From Mizuhopecten yessoensis (taxonomy: Eukaryota), in assembly GCF_002113885.1 (NCBI RefSeq), contig NW_018403488.1:6260-70259 (forward strand): a DNA stretch of 64,000 nt, in the 5' to 3' direction. The notes under the pieces were generated by a model that ran no database searches, was not told where the DNA came from, and saw only the letters and a program-made list of their open reading frames with translations. A program made the translations under genes and the position numbers. The first letter of the stretch is position 1, and the number at the start of each line of letters is the position of its first letter. Below are positions 25,761 to 38,879 of the stretch, piece by piece.

Positions 25761-26689
25761 AACTTCCTTCATGTCAAACTGATCAGTGATACTACAGACC
25801 AAAATAACACACCTCAATTCCCCAAGTGCTCTGAAACACACAACGTATTTAGAAATACTGTTAATGAGAAAGATGTTTTTGAAAATTTCATAATTTTACG
25901 AAAGCAACACGACGAAGTGTCAGCAAAACTATCATTTCAACTCAAAATCAATAAGACTATGGCAAAAAAGAGACACATTCCGTCACCTCTACCCAGCACT
26001 GTTACATCTGACAATACTTACAAATCAAAATACAATACTGAAAGGTAATTGTAACGAGTAGGTAGAAACTCAAGAAACAAAAGAATGCAAGGATTTTTGT
26101 TATCGTTTTTGTTTTTGTCTACCTTTAAAAGATTTCTAAAACGAGTTTGAAATGGCGTATCAAGTCAATGTTGCTACAACTAATGTTAACTTTGACCTAA
26201 AAAAAAAAATTGTTTGCGTGTTCGTGGGCAGAGAGTTGGTGTTGCAAATGTCATAAAAAAAAAAGACTGATGGATGCTTCTATTGGCTCAATATTCTCCC
26301 GAAATAAATGCGCAAGTATCCGTTGCGCCTATCGATATAATACTCTCCACAACATATACTTTCCTGGAATGAGCATTTTACAGCTACGGTTATTATATTC
26401 TTTATCCATAAACTAGTTTCTAGAGTCAAGGGACATAACTCATATTGTCTTGCATTTGTACCTGGTATTATGGAACTTTTTTTGTGTTAAAGTAAATTTT
26501 ATATATTTACTTTATCTGCATAGTACGATGGCCGATGCCAGAACACTGCTATTCATAAAAAGTGCTTTGCCTTGCTATATAAACTGTCTCTATGTAACAG
26601 AAGTTTTTATTTGCAATGCTTTAGCTAAGGGTCAATCCCGAGATCACTGGTTTATTAGTGTGTCATTATACTGATTGATCTTATGAACG

Positions 26690-26820
26690 CAAGTTACCTT
26701 GAAGCGGCTAGTTGGGAGCAATATAACAGCAAAGAAAAATTGCAACTGCAAGACTAGGTTCGAACACGGGACTTTCGAACTCTAGACGGGCGCTCTCATG
26801 TTTAGCTACCTGGTCGCCAG
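26690..26820 (-). mobile_element. tRNA-derived (SINE-like) element upstream of copy B exon 1
   Basis: Minus strand GGCGACCAGGTAGCTAAACATGAGAGCG...GTTCGAACC (A- and B-box-like) followed by a T5 tract; no clean cloverleaf. Confidence 0.55.
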
Positions 26821-27050
26821 GTATCGAACTCTTCCAGTTACTGTACATCTGCATCGTACTCCATACTGACAATATTGTACTAAAAGGCTTCCATCGCTCA
26901 CCACTACATGTATATATAGGTAACAGTTCAATAACAGTAGTCATACGTGTCTCGCCTTGGAAATAGAGAGAGGAAATAGAGAGGCTTTCATTATCAATGA
27001 TATAATTGCAAGTCCTAGAAAATTTAAGGGTCGATATTTGAAATAGCAAA

Positions 27051-27217
27051 ATGGATTTGGAAACATATTCTAAAATCATTACAGATTTTATTGCTGGAAG
27101 TTACATCACCTCTGCCATCAGGCTAGGAAAGGACCTGGGACTTTTTGATGAGCTAAAGAAACTTGACAAAGCCGTCTCTTCACAGCAGTTAGCAGACGCT
27201 TGTAATCTGAAAGAGAG
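27051..27217 (+). CDS. Methyltransferase copy B, exon 1 (not in the ORF track)
   Basis: AAAATGG start; encodes MDLETYSKIITDFIAGSYITSAIRLGKDLGLFDELKKLDKAVSSQQLADACNLKE(R); ends AG|GTAAG in phase 2 and joins G-TAT of exon 2 to give LKERYVREWL. Confidence 0.92.
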
Positions 27218-30200
27218 GTAAGATTCTGTGTATTTAGGCAGGTGAATCAAAGGCCATGCTATGAAACGTTTAATTCGAGCGAAGGAACATTATCATCAAT
27301 TGCTATCAATGTATTCGTATGCTTATATACGGTTTCTATATGCGTTGCACGAGTAAAGCGTGGTTAACGTACTTAACATCATAAAGATAGACATTTAAAA
27401 ACAGACAAAGCCTGCTGACAGTAGGTTTTTGTGTCTTTAAACAGGAGAAAAAGAAATGAAAAATGAAAGATTTTTATTAATCGAGGCATTATTGAACCGC
27501 AATAAGCATATCAGTGTCCGGGACACATAAAGACAGACAGGAAATGTGTATTTATGTGTGATACTTTTTGTATCTATGGTTTGATGTCTGTTTTGGCTTA
27601 TGTGTTAAGGTCGTGGGATTTTATTTTATTTATATTTCGTGCAAAACTTTATGATTTTTTTGTTTGATTGTATTGTTTTGTAACGGTGTGTGTAAGGTTT
27701 TGTTGATATGAGCTGTTTTTGACAATTTATAGTGTTTTCGTTAATGTGTCACTTGTTTTTGTTGAGTTACACTGTTGTTTGTTTCCTTTTAAATATTACA
27801 TCAATTTTTCTTCTCTCCTTTATCTTTACATTATTCTTTCACTTGGTATGAAAATATTGAAACACGTTATTAGTACCTTTTGTATTTATATTATTAAATC
27901 AAACGTCCTTGGTGTCCATTTATTTTTATTAGGGAAACATATTTGTAATTTTTCAAAAATGTCTCTAGTCAATAAAATAAGTAAACATATGCAATGAAAT
28001 GAAGTTTATACTAATGTGTAACTTGTCATGTGCAGTTTATCTGTGGCGTATTTGTATTGATATTGTATGCTTTTGTGTATTGTTGGTATACTTGTACTAC
28101 ATGTACATGTAAATATGATTAAATCACAAATATATCCGGTTGATGCACAACAAACATATAAACATTACACAAGATAATAAACAAACAAAAATATAAATAG
28201 ATTTCTAAAGGCACATAAATGTCACAGAACAGTTGCATGATCGGTAGGCAAGCGCACGTCTAGCCAACAACCTTTAGTCAGCCTGTATTACGTAATTTCA
28301 TTAAAACTCAGTCTAGTGTTTAACTCTGTGTCTGCATACTCAAGGTGGAAATACCCGGTGTGACGTCATGTGGAGCAGAACATAATGCAATTATTTTGTT
28401 AATACATTATTTTAAAAGTGACGGTGAATTCTAATTTTCATAAAAATAGGTCCTGTCAATAACGTCACTAAGACAATGACATGCGGTCACTGCTGTATCT
28501 ATTACAACTCGTATAGGTTCAGTGACACGTCTGTTACGTTAATGAGTCTACATACTCCGGAGATTGCCCGAACCTTAATAGACACACCTATCTTCTTAGA
28601 TTAGCTGCACGGTTCATAACAATCTCACTTAATTCATTATTATTTTTGCCAATAAATCTTCCTAATCTACATTGAAATATTCCTCTTTTGTAAGTAACAG
28701 CAGATGTCCCACACTAACACATTTGTATTGTTTAATGAAGGTAACATATAAGACCACAATAATACTCACCCGCTTGAGAAAGTTTAAGTTCTCGTTAAAG
28801 TGGGTGGTGTTGATTTTCCCGCGCGAAATGTTTTCGTTTGATTTAATGTATTTCAGAACGCTTTTTCGTAATTCTAAAGTGAGTATTGTATGCTTGTTTG
28901 AAAAAAGGTTTTTAATTGTTCGTTTTGTATTTGTGTCTAAAAACGTTTTCCCTTTTTAAAACGTCTTCCCTTTTTGTGAGGTACGTTTGTGTCTACGTGC
29001 AATCGGGTTTTTTTTAATACGTCTTTTTTATTCATAATATGTTTTGTAAATAAGTTTTTTTACTAAATGCCTCGCGCATCTTTTGTTGTTGGTCTGTGGT
29101 GCATTTCGTATTAATGATTGACGGGGATTTTTCGTTTGTGTATCTATATTGTTGGTATATCTGTTTGACATGTATATAGAATTAAACAATAACAAAATTC
29201 CGTTGATACAAAACTATTTTCATTAGACAAAATAGTATACACACAAATATACATACATAATAGTGTTTTAGATATCACTCAACAGTGGAAGTTGGTCACC
29301 TGCTCGGTATGCAAACTGTATTAGTCAGATTACATTCCGTGGTTTCTATTCAATCAAACTCTGACTATTTTTAAGATCTTTTACTGGTTACTCAACGTAA
29401 AATAATCTGTAATTATAATGACAATTAAATCAGATCACGATGCATTGTTTGTGAATACGTAATTTGACGGTTAATCCTGTTTGGTGTAGGGTACTTCATG
29501 TTTGGCATAGATGTACGTGCTTCTTTTACGTTCATCTTTAAGTATTCTTTTATTTAAAATTAAAATAACATTCAATTTAGAAAGATTGATGAGAATTGTT
29601 GTCGACTTATATCGATTGGTTTGTCGATATGTTTAAAAAGAACTACTGTAAAAGTATTATGATATGTATAAATAAGACCAAGAAGAAAAACACATACTGA
29701 ATTTATTTCAGGATATGTATCCTTTTATGTAAGGCATTTTACAAGTGAAGCATATGAAAGCCTGTTTTTGTTGTTGGCTGTTTTAACTATGCCTTCTATG
29801 ATGCAACAGCGGTGACAGACACCCAGCTGTCTCGTGCATTAGTGACATAGAAGTATCACATCACATGGACAACAGTACGTGTGCTAGTGCCTTAAAAACC
29901 ATAATTAGATTTGATTTACTATATCGGGAAATCAGAATTAAAGTCCAAACTGTACAAATAAGTGATTACAGGTAAAAGTAAGAAATCGAAATAAACATTG
30001 AAAACTAATTAAAAGAAATAAGTGATAGTTAGTGTACGTTAAAGTGGCAGTGGGCCTAAGTGTGTTGGACGTGTAGCTATCTGCTGGTGCGCAGTATTTA
30101 AATTAGTATTTGAACGATAGCAAAAACATTCGATTGGTTTCTATTGAAAATTATTCTTTATTCAAAAGGTGCATTGCTCTACGAATTTTTAAAATCCAAG

Positions 30201-30479
30201 AAAGCTACGGTAATACCTTACGCTATGTACATTGCAATCCTGCTCTGACAACTGTGTCAGATTGGGGTGTGCTTAGTAACACATAGAACACGATACAGCG
30301 GAGGTAAGAGAGTCTAAGTGTACACCTCTTGTATGTTCTATTTTACATCTAGGGATAAACAAGAAAATTAGTTATTTTTTACACAACATGGTTAATTTGT
30401 TAAATAATCATAAATTGCTACTTGTAGAAGTATATTACCTGCAATTACTGTTTTTTTTAACTTAATGCCAAAAAAATGA

Positions 30480-32470
30480 TTTATGATGTATTATGTGCAG
30501 GGAACTTTCTTTTTTAATGTATTTCCGAGAAGACGCAGGCATACTTGTCTAACTTATATGATGTATTACGTGTTATTATCTCCCTTTGTAGGTATGTCCG
30601 GGATTGGTTGGGCTGTTTGGTCTGATTAGTGGTGTATTACCTGTTACTATCACCCTTAATATGTATGTCCAGAATTGGCGTAGCTGTATGGTCTGCCTAT
30701 TGATTTATTGCGTGTTATTATCTCCCTTTGTATTTAGTCCGGGATTGGCTTGTCTATTGATGTATTACGTGTAATTACCTTCCTTTAAAGTTAGTCCGGG
30801 AGTGGCTTGGCTGTACGGCCTGACTATTGCTGTATAACGTGTAATTACCTCCCTTTGTAGTTAGTCCGGGAGTGGCTTGTCTGTACGGCCTGACCATTGG
30901 TGTATTACGTGTAATAATCTCCCTTTGTAGTTAGTCCGGGAGTTGCTTGGGTGTACGGCCTGACTATTGCTGTATTACGTGTAATAATTTCCCTTTGTAG
31001 TTAGTCCGGGAGTTGCTTGGGTGTACGGCCTGACTGTTGATGTATAACGTGTAATTATCTCCCTTTGTAGTTTGTCCGGAATTGGCTTGACTGTAAGGCC
31101 TGACTATTTATATATTACGTGTAATTATCTCCCTTTGTAGTTTGTCCGGGAGTGGCTGGGCTGTACGGCCTGGCTATTGATATATTACTTGTAATTATCT
31201 CCCTTTGTAGTTAATCCGGGAGTGGGTGGGCTGTACGGCCTGACTATTGATGTATTGCGTGTAATTATCTCCCTTTGTAGTTAGTCCGGGAGTGGCTTGG
31301 GTGTACGGCCTGACTGTTGATGTATAACGTGTAATTATCTCCCTTTGTAGTTAGTCCGGGAGTGGCTGGGCTGTACGGCCTGGCTATTGATGTATTACGT
31401 GTAATTATCTCCCTTTGTAGTTAGTCCGGAAGTGGGTGGGCTGTACGGCCTGACTATTGATGTATTACGTGTAATTATCTCCCTTTGTAGTTAGTCCGGG
31501 AGTGGCTTGGGTGTACGGCCTGACTGTTGATGTATTACGTGTAATTATCTCCCTTTGTAGTTAGTCCGGGAGTGGCTGGGCTGTACGGCCTGGCTATTGA
31601 TGTATTACGTGTAATTATCTCCCTTTGTAGTTAGTCCGGAAGTGGGTGGGCTGTACGGCCTGACTATTGATGTATTAAGTGTAATTATATCCCTTTGTAG
31701 TTAGTCCGGGAGTGTAAGTTTTAGAATCTTCCGACTGTAGTCAGATTCCCATACAATCAACAAATAAATTCACGTCTGGATTTTCGAATTAACTTCCAAA
31801 AATTACTCCCTCGTGGAGGTCAAGGTCGGATTCACGGTGTTCACTGTAAATACCATACAAAAACAGTTCAATGCTTAATTATCTCCCACTGTAGGTTTGT
31901 CCAGGACTCGCTGGGTTGATGGTCTTACTATTGATGTATTACAATTACGTAGGTATGTCCAGGAGTGTTTGGGCGGTATGGTCAGACTATCGATATATTA
32001 CGTGCAATTTCCAACCTTTGTGATATTTCTGGGATCGGCTGGGCTGTATAGTCTGACTAGTGATGTATTACAATTAGTTATCTCCCTTTGTAGGTATTTC
32101 AGGGAGTGGATGGGCAGTACTGTCCTACTATTGGTGCATTACGTGTAATTTTCTCCCTTTGTAGGTACAGTATGTATGTCCGCGAGTGGCTTGGTTGTAT
32201 GGTCTTACGTGTTATCTCTCTTCGAATGTATGCCCGGGAGTGGCTGGGCTCTTTGGTCTGACTAGTGATGTATAACGTGTAATTACCTCCCTTTGTATGT
32301 ATGTCCGCTAGTGGCTTGTCCGTATGGTCTGACTAGTGATGTATTACGTGTACTTATCTCCCTCTGTAGGTATGCCCGGGAGTGGCTTGGCGGTATGGTC
32401 TTACTTGTGATGTATTATGTGTTATTATCTCCCTTTGTAGGTATGTCCGGGAGTGGCTTGGCTGTATGGT
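30480..32470 (+). repeat. 70-bp splice-acceptor-derived minisatellite (copy B); interrupted at about 31714-31875
   Basis: Unit GTAATTATCTCCCTTTGTAG|TTAGTCCGGGAGTGGCTTGGGTGTACGGCCTGACTGTTGATGTATAACGT, about 25 units; the last unit is the real acceptor at 32440. Confidence 0.93.
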
Positions 32471-32628
32471 CGCCACCAGGATCGTTTCACTAGATGACTC
32501 GGACAAATACTTCATCCCTCAGTCACTCAAATCGGGACTTGACGTTCTTGGTTTAACATTTTTCTATCCTGTCATGGGTCCTTTAACAGTCAAAGTGAAG
32601 AACTGCTTCAAAAAGGACGGGCCTAAAG
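32441..32628 (+). CDS. Methyltransferase copy B, exon 2
   Basis: TTTGTAG|G...AAAG|GTAGG, 188 nt; encodes YVREWLGCMVATRIV...KDGPKG. Confidence 0.93.
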
Positions 32629-32869
32629 GTAGGTGTTTTGCGGTTGTATACAATGTCCTGTAATTGTTTTCCCAGTAGATACTGGTATGACCAGTTAAAA
32701 TGGCAATATAGCCGAAAGTGAGACTGCTAAATCTATTACAAAGTAGGTAAATATATCATTTAATACTTATATTTTTCTTTCGCTCTACCACACAACCAAA
32801 AATAGTCAAAAGAAATTAACTATTTATGAAATTATATTAACTAGGACGTTCCAATCTTATGTGTCATAG

Positions 32870-32980
32870 GCTTTGGCTATGGAGACATGCCACCTGGTGT
32901 AGTTGAAGCTATTGAAGAAAAATCAGGGGACTCCGAGGACACTGTGCAACAGCTCCTTAAGCCTATCACCAAGCCCACAA
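32870..32980 (+). CDS. Methyltransferase copy B, exon 3
   Basis: TCATAG|GC...ACAA|GTAAG, 111 nt; encodes GFGYGDMPPGVVEAIEEKSGDSEDTVQQLLKPITKPT. Confidence 0.93.
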
Positions 32981-33409
32981 GTAAGTTTTTCATGTGTTTA
33001 GTAAAAGTTCATGTTCTATTGCGCCTCTCATTGTCATCGTTTACATCAAAACTCATAGTTACATTTTATAGCGTTTTTCTCATCACGCCCAGTTAATGTT
33101 CTTTTATACATTACATCGTCTTAAAGATTATATCCACCAGAATTGTATTGTGGTATTTTTTTTCCGTCTCACAAAATATTTGAGGATAAAAACAGAATCT
33201 CGATGGTTGTAATTTCGATTGATCGTAAAATGAAAAGTTTATTTGGAAAAGTAGACTTTCATCTTATTCAGACTCTTCATCTTTCATCTTTTTTTAGTAT
33301 CAGTTTTAAAACATTTCTAGCGTACGAGACATGTATTGAAAACATACGATCAAACTCATATAATATATTAATATAAAACATAATGTCTAACTTAGTGTGT
33401 AACTTTCAG

Positions 33410-33987
33410 AGTCGTTGAACACCATACTTGACCTAGGCTGTGGAGGAGGATGTGCAACTAGAGCGTTAAGAAAGTGTTTTCCAAAGGCAGTCATATACGG
33501 CGTCGATTATAGCGAGGATGCGCTAACCAAAGCAAAATCAACTGCCAAAGCTCAAGGCACAGAAAACCTGCATTTTGTAAAGGAAGACGTGACATCATTG
33601 CCCGCCGACTGGACAGGGAAGTTTGACTGGGTCATCCTGTTAGACGTGCTTCATGATCTGCCTGATCCAGTAAATGCCATGAAAGAGGTTCGCCGCGTCT
33701 TGAAGGACGACGGAGTCGTGTCCATCGTTGATCCAGACCTACATAGTAGCCATAGAGACAACATAGGAGATGCTAACTTGGCAGGTGTAGGGTACGCCAT
33801 CAGTTCTGTGATTTGTCTCCCTTGCAGTTTGTCGATAGACGGCGCAGCTGGTCACGGCATGGGCTGGGGAACCGAAAACAAAGAAAAGTTTTTAACCGGT
33901 TCTGGCTGGCTAGTGCAGGACAAACGAAATATCGAAAGTCCGTTTGCTTTGAACTTCACTTGTGTCAAAGCATCGCCAACGACCTAG
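33410..33987 (+). CDS. Methyltransferase copy B, exon 4; the spliced CDS is 167+188+111+578 = 1044 nt, 347 aa
   Basis: ACTTTCAG| acceptor in phase; ILDLGCGGG motif I; all four exons join without a frameshift. Confidence 0.95.
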
Positions 33988-36035
33988 CAAGTGCATCTCA
34001 GTGAATCATGGCGAGATATTAATGTGTTTCCCCCGGTGAAACACTTTTAACCAGATGTTGCTATCAGAACACTAGATATTGTCTTTTTACGAGACAGCAT
34101 ACAACACAGCTTTTTATCAAACATTAAAACTGGACGGGACAATGTTATAGGTGTACACATTTTCCTAATTCATCAGTAGGTCTCTGCTAAAAATTATATA
34201 TAGGAATAATTTAATGATGAGAAGTAAGTATTTATATTTCGATTAAGGAAGAATGCTTATTGAAGTAATATAATGAATACACGATACTGATAACACAGTA
34301 AACCACAGCATCAACATAAAAGGTAAAACTCTACTTCACCATCATCCCACAAGAATACAGCTATTTCATCTGCACACACCACCTGTGGCATCCGCCGCTA
34401 TGCCTGACGTTTTTTTCCAGAAAAGTTCGTGGTCGCCTATACTGTAAGACACAGAATATATATTTGTATTCAATGTAAACACTAATAGTTCATTATCTGT
34501 AACGCCGATAACCCTTAAGTCATAGCATTAGTATAACCTTACATATGTGTCATAAGAACAGCCATCCAAACAGCTGTAGTCGTTTGAGTGTTTGATTCGA
34601 TGGTCTGTACTGGGTTATTTGAAGTGAACTGCTGAGCTGCACGGTCCAAATATAACTCGGCGTCAAGCAGTAAACATGCAACAAAACAGAAAGAATGGTA
34701 CAAGCATTCGTCAATAACATGTATACGTTTCTTTATTTGCTTGTGAGAGTTTTGATGCCAATTTGTTTTCAAACTCCATTTATCAACTTAGACTATATAT
34801 ATTTGACATTTACACAGGACAAATCATATATCCAGTAATGTAAAATGGAAAATTGTATTTCGTATGTGGAACGTTTCGAATTTATACTAACAATAAATTA
34901 TCTCAGACAATCTAGTAGCATAGCATTATAAGTCGTCTAGATCTTTAATACATGTAACTATGTAACTCATTTTTATTCTATCTATTGATAACCAAATAAA
35001 AAAGCATATTTAGAAAAAGAAGTGTTGAGTTTATCTAGGTTAAGTGATAACCTTTGTTACCTTGATGTCTGAACTACGGATGTTCCAATAAACAAGTTAT
35101 AAGTTATGGTATGTGACAGTGAGGAATAGGTGAAGAGACTTTTTCCAATACTTATGGAGTGTTAATTTTGAAATGTCATTATTTTTGTCTACAAATCGAT
35201 TTATTTCATGCATCAAAGTTCGGTCAGCGTTAAATACTAACATTATATGGGAAGGTCAGGTTGATGCATAGCCAAATGCAACTATTTTGGGTGAGGATGG
35301 AAAACTAAAACTGAAGTCAAGGGGCGAAAATACTAACGGCATGAGTTAAAGGTGTACATCTAACCGAACATGTTATTACAGTAGGGACCCATTACAGGCA
35401 CATATAGATAAATGAAAAATGTATTTACGATACAATTCTTACATGTTACTAAGCCTAGTTCTTATGTTAACTAAATATCTAAGACTTGAATGTTCGACCA
35501 TTATGGAATAAATGAAATTTAAAAACAAAACTCAATTTATATAATACATGCATAGCAAAATTCGATTCCGTTTGTTATACGCGAAAGTATTTGAATGTTT
35601 TACTGTTGGTGTATTTGACCTTGAAAAAGGTCAAGATCATTGCATTTGAGAAGATTTGCGGCTATTAATTCTGGTACTATGCCCTATATCAAGACGCGAG
35701 CGTCAATATTTTGAATTATGTTCCATAGTGTGGCTCGTTATTTGGTAGTTTCTGCTCCTATTCTCGCGATAAAAATATGTGACTTTACTTTGAATTCGTC
35801 TACATTTGCATGGCAGCTGTCGTCGATGAAACAGTAGACGTTTAACCTTCTGGACCACCTGGTCTTATTGTCTTAGGGTTTTCAAGTGCCTCCATGTAAG
35901 CATATATATGTTCATATTTTGCCATATCATAATCATTTTGAGTTGGAAATTCTGTTTAGTTGAAACTGTTTTTCCATTGGTTTATTATTATTGATTAAGT
36001 TCAGATAGTTATGACGATCATGTAACAATGGGACT

Positions 36036-36580
36036 GGTATATATGCTTCTATCATATTTGATCTCTTCAAGTATTTCTTATGATAAGTTCTTTCTACATA
36101 ACCAATAACATTTTCTATGTGACGTTTCGATGACTAGTAAAATATATACACTGTCACCTTCATCAGACAAATGACCAATGAAGCGTATGCACACAAAGGT
36201 GTAAAATATTTACGAGTTGTCTATAAAATGGATGTCGATTTCGACTACGCTGGAAACGTATGTATAATAGTTGATATATATATACCGAAATGACTCAATT
36301 CAGCTACGCTTTGTTAACACTTGTTCATACATGTAGATGTGCGAGAGTCTATTATCCCCCTCGTCTCGATTTAGAACTGGCCCAATGCGGCGTATTCAGA
36401 TGGCTTACTTTATCTGTCGCTTAAACCATCTAAAGGACGCCATCTGGATACGGCGCATCGGGTCAGTTCTAAATCGAGACGAGGGGGCTCAAAGACTCTC
36501 GCACATCTATGACCAAGTGTTAACAAAGCGTAGCTGAATTGAGTCATTTCGGTATATATACAACAACTAAGAAATCACCA
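36036..36580 (-). mobile_element. Truncated Penelope-like retroelement with an inverted 5' segment
   Basis: Endonuclease C-terminus-like AIWIRRIGSVLNRDEG on both arms of an inverted repeat (about 36274-36405 and 36438-36560); hammerhead core; absent at the paralogous site near 13945. Confidence 0.8.
36110..36175 (-). ncRNA. Hammerhead ribozyme (minimal type I, Penelope-associated)
   Basis: Minus strand UUUGU-CUGAUGA-AGGUGAC[loop]GUCAUC-GAAA-CGUC-ACAUA: conserved core, stem II, palindromic short stem III and a GUC cleavage triplet. Confidence 0.75.
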
Positions 36581-37694
36581 GGTATTAGTTTTCGATTTGC
36601 GATTTTTTTTCTAATTGCTATTTGAACATCACAAATTAGGATCTCTTAAGATAGATTAGAAGCACATTATACAAAATTCTAAATTTACATCTTTGAATAC
36701 TGAAGTCAAATAAGGAGAGATGACAAAAAGCTTGTCAATACAGAAAAGACAAAAAGATAAAGATGTAGAAAAAAACATAGTATATAACGGTTTCTTTTAA
36801 AATTTCGACACAGAAAACTTTCAATCTGAATTCAGGAAAGGAATCCCATATTAAGTCAGACGTTGGTTTACTTATATCTTTTCATATTTATTCATATACC
36901 AATAACAAAATTTGATGCATGGATCTATTATTCGCTATTGTATATTGCTCCCTTTAAACAGGCACTGTGTCAAAACAGTCGGTGAAATAGTAAACATAGC
37001 AAGACTTAACTTTATGGAAAGGTTTGCAACAGGCCGTTCGTCATGGTCTACTTCTTATCTACCGGCCGGCATCTAGCGAAGGAAACGTGTGTGCAGATTA
37101 TGTTCACCACATTTGTTGCAGCTATATTTTATGCAAAACCATTGTACAGCCTGACTGCCTGTTAAAATGTGTAAAGTCTACCTTGGTACGATGGCCAGTA
37201 GCAGACACACAGATAACGCCCTTACTGTCGTTTAATGTACCATTCATTGAGCGTTTAAATGGAAAACATTAATGTTAGTCGGGAATCACTAGCGAAAGTT
37301 GTGCCACAGTTTGGACGATTCAAGTTGTTTTCCTTTTATGACAAAAGCTTTAGTACCATGTAAATTTCATCCAATACGTTTCCATACAAATATTGCAGAA
37401 CCATGTTTATTGGTACGCATGCACTGCACCTACTAACTCGTGCACATTTCAATGATGAATGTGACATAGATTACAATAAAACGACAGTTGACCGAACGTG
37501 TACAGTGTATCTACAGATTTTTGAAGATAATAATTCAAATCAGCGTAACCGAATTTAACTTCAGTCACTGCAAACACTAGTTTGATCAAGATAAACAAAA
37601 CATAAATTAACGCACATGACCAAAAACACGAAATTAACCTACATGGCTGTAGCACGGAGTTTAATCTCCATCGTTTTAAACATGAGTTTAAATA

Positions 37695-38400
37695 ACATCA
37701 CTGTTACCAGTAAGTAAAACTACATCACTGTAAACAAAAGGTAGACTACATCACTGTTACCAGTAGGTTAACCTACATCAATGTAAACAAAAGCAAGACT
37801 CTATCACTGTTACCAGTAGGTTAACCTACATCACTGTAAACAAAATGTAGACTACATCACTGTTACCAGTAGGTTAAGCTACATCACTGTAAACAAACGT
37901 TAGACTACATCACTGTTACCAGTAGGTTAACCTACCTCACTGTAAACAAAAGGTAGACTACATCACTGTTACCAGTAGGTTAACCTACATCACTGGAAAC
38001 AAAAGGTAGACTACATCACTGTTACCAGTAGGTTAACCTACCTCACTGTAAACAAAAGGTAGACTACATCACTGTTACCAGTAGGTTAAGCTACATCACT
38101 GTAAACAAACGTTAGACTACATCACTGTTAGCAGTAGGTTAACCTACATCACTGTAAACAAACGTTAGACTACATCACTGTTACCAGTAGGTTATCCTAC
38201 ATCACTGTAAACAAAAGGTAGACTACATCACTGTTACAAGTAGGTAAGCCAATATCACTGTTACCAGTAGGTTAGGCTACATCACTGTAAACCAAAGGTA
38301 GACTACATCACTGTTACCAGTAGGTTAGCCTACATCACTGTAAATAAAAGTAAGACTACAACCCTAGCTGTTACCAATAGGTAAGCCTACATCACTGTTT
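37695..38400. repeat. 22-23-bp minisatellite array (copy B counterpart of 14780-16632)
   Basis: Same CTACATCACTGT-based units, mostly regular dimers. Confidence 0.93.
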
Positions 38401-38879
38401 GCACGCTTTTAATCTTTAATCTTGTAAAGAATGATTTAACTTTTTTCACAGTTAATATAAACTGCATGACTGTTAACATGAGGTAAATCCTCATCGCTGC
38501 AAACAGGAGTTTAAATCTTTCTCAATATTATCCTACTTCACAGTAAGTAGGCGTTTTAATTAAACCAATGCAAACAGCAATTAAACCTACGTAACAGATA
38601 TTTTTACACACCAGGAGCTGGTGTTTCTTATCTTTTCGCTTGTTAGAGAATAGAGGTTGGCAGTTCTCTTCCTATATGGCGTTACTCATCAGGAGTTGAG
38701 CCTCTATTTCTCTGTGTGGTTAAAACAACAGAAGATGGTGATTCTCCTTATTTGTGTCGTTATCCACTTTTTTTTCCTCCACTATGATGACGCTTCTCTT
38801 TCTTTCTCTGTGTGGTCTGACATTAGGAGTTGACGTTAGACAGCAGGAGTTCGTGCTTATCCACTCTGTGTGGGTCCTC

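Noticed and set aside
26715-26820. Functional tRNA gene
   Set aside because: It has A- and B-box-like motifs but no convincing acceptor or anticodon stems; treated as SINE-like.
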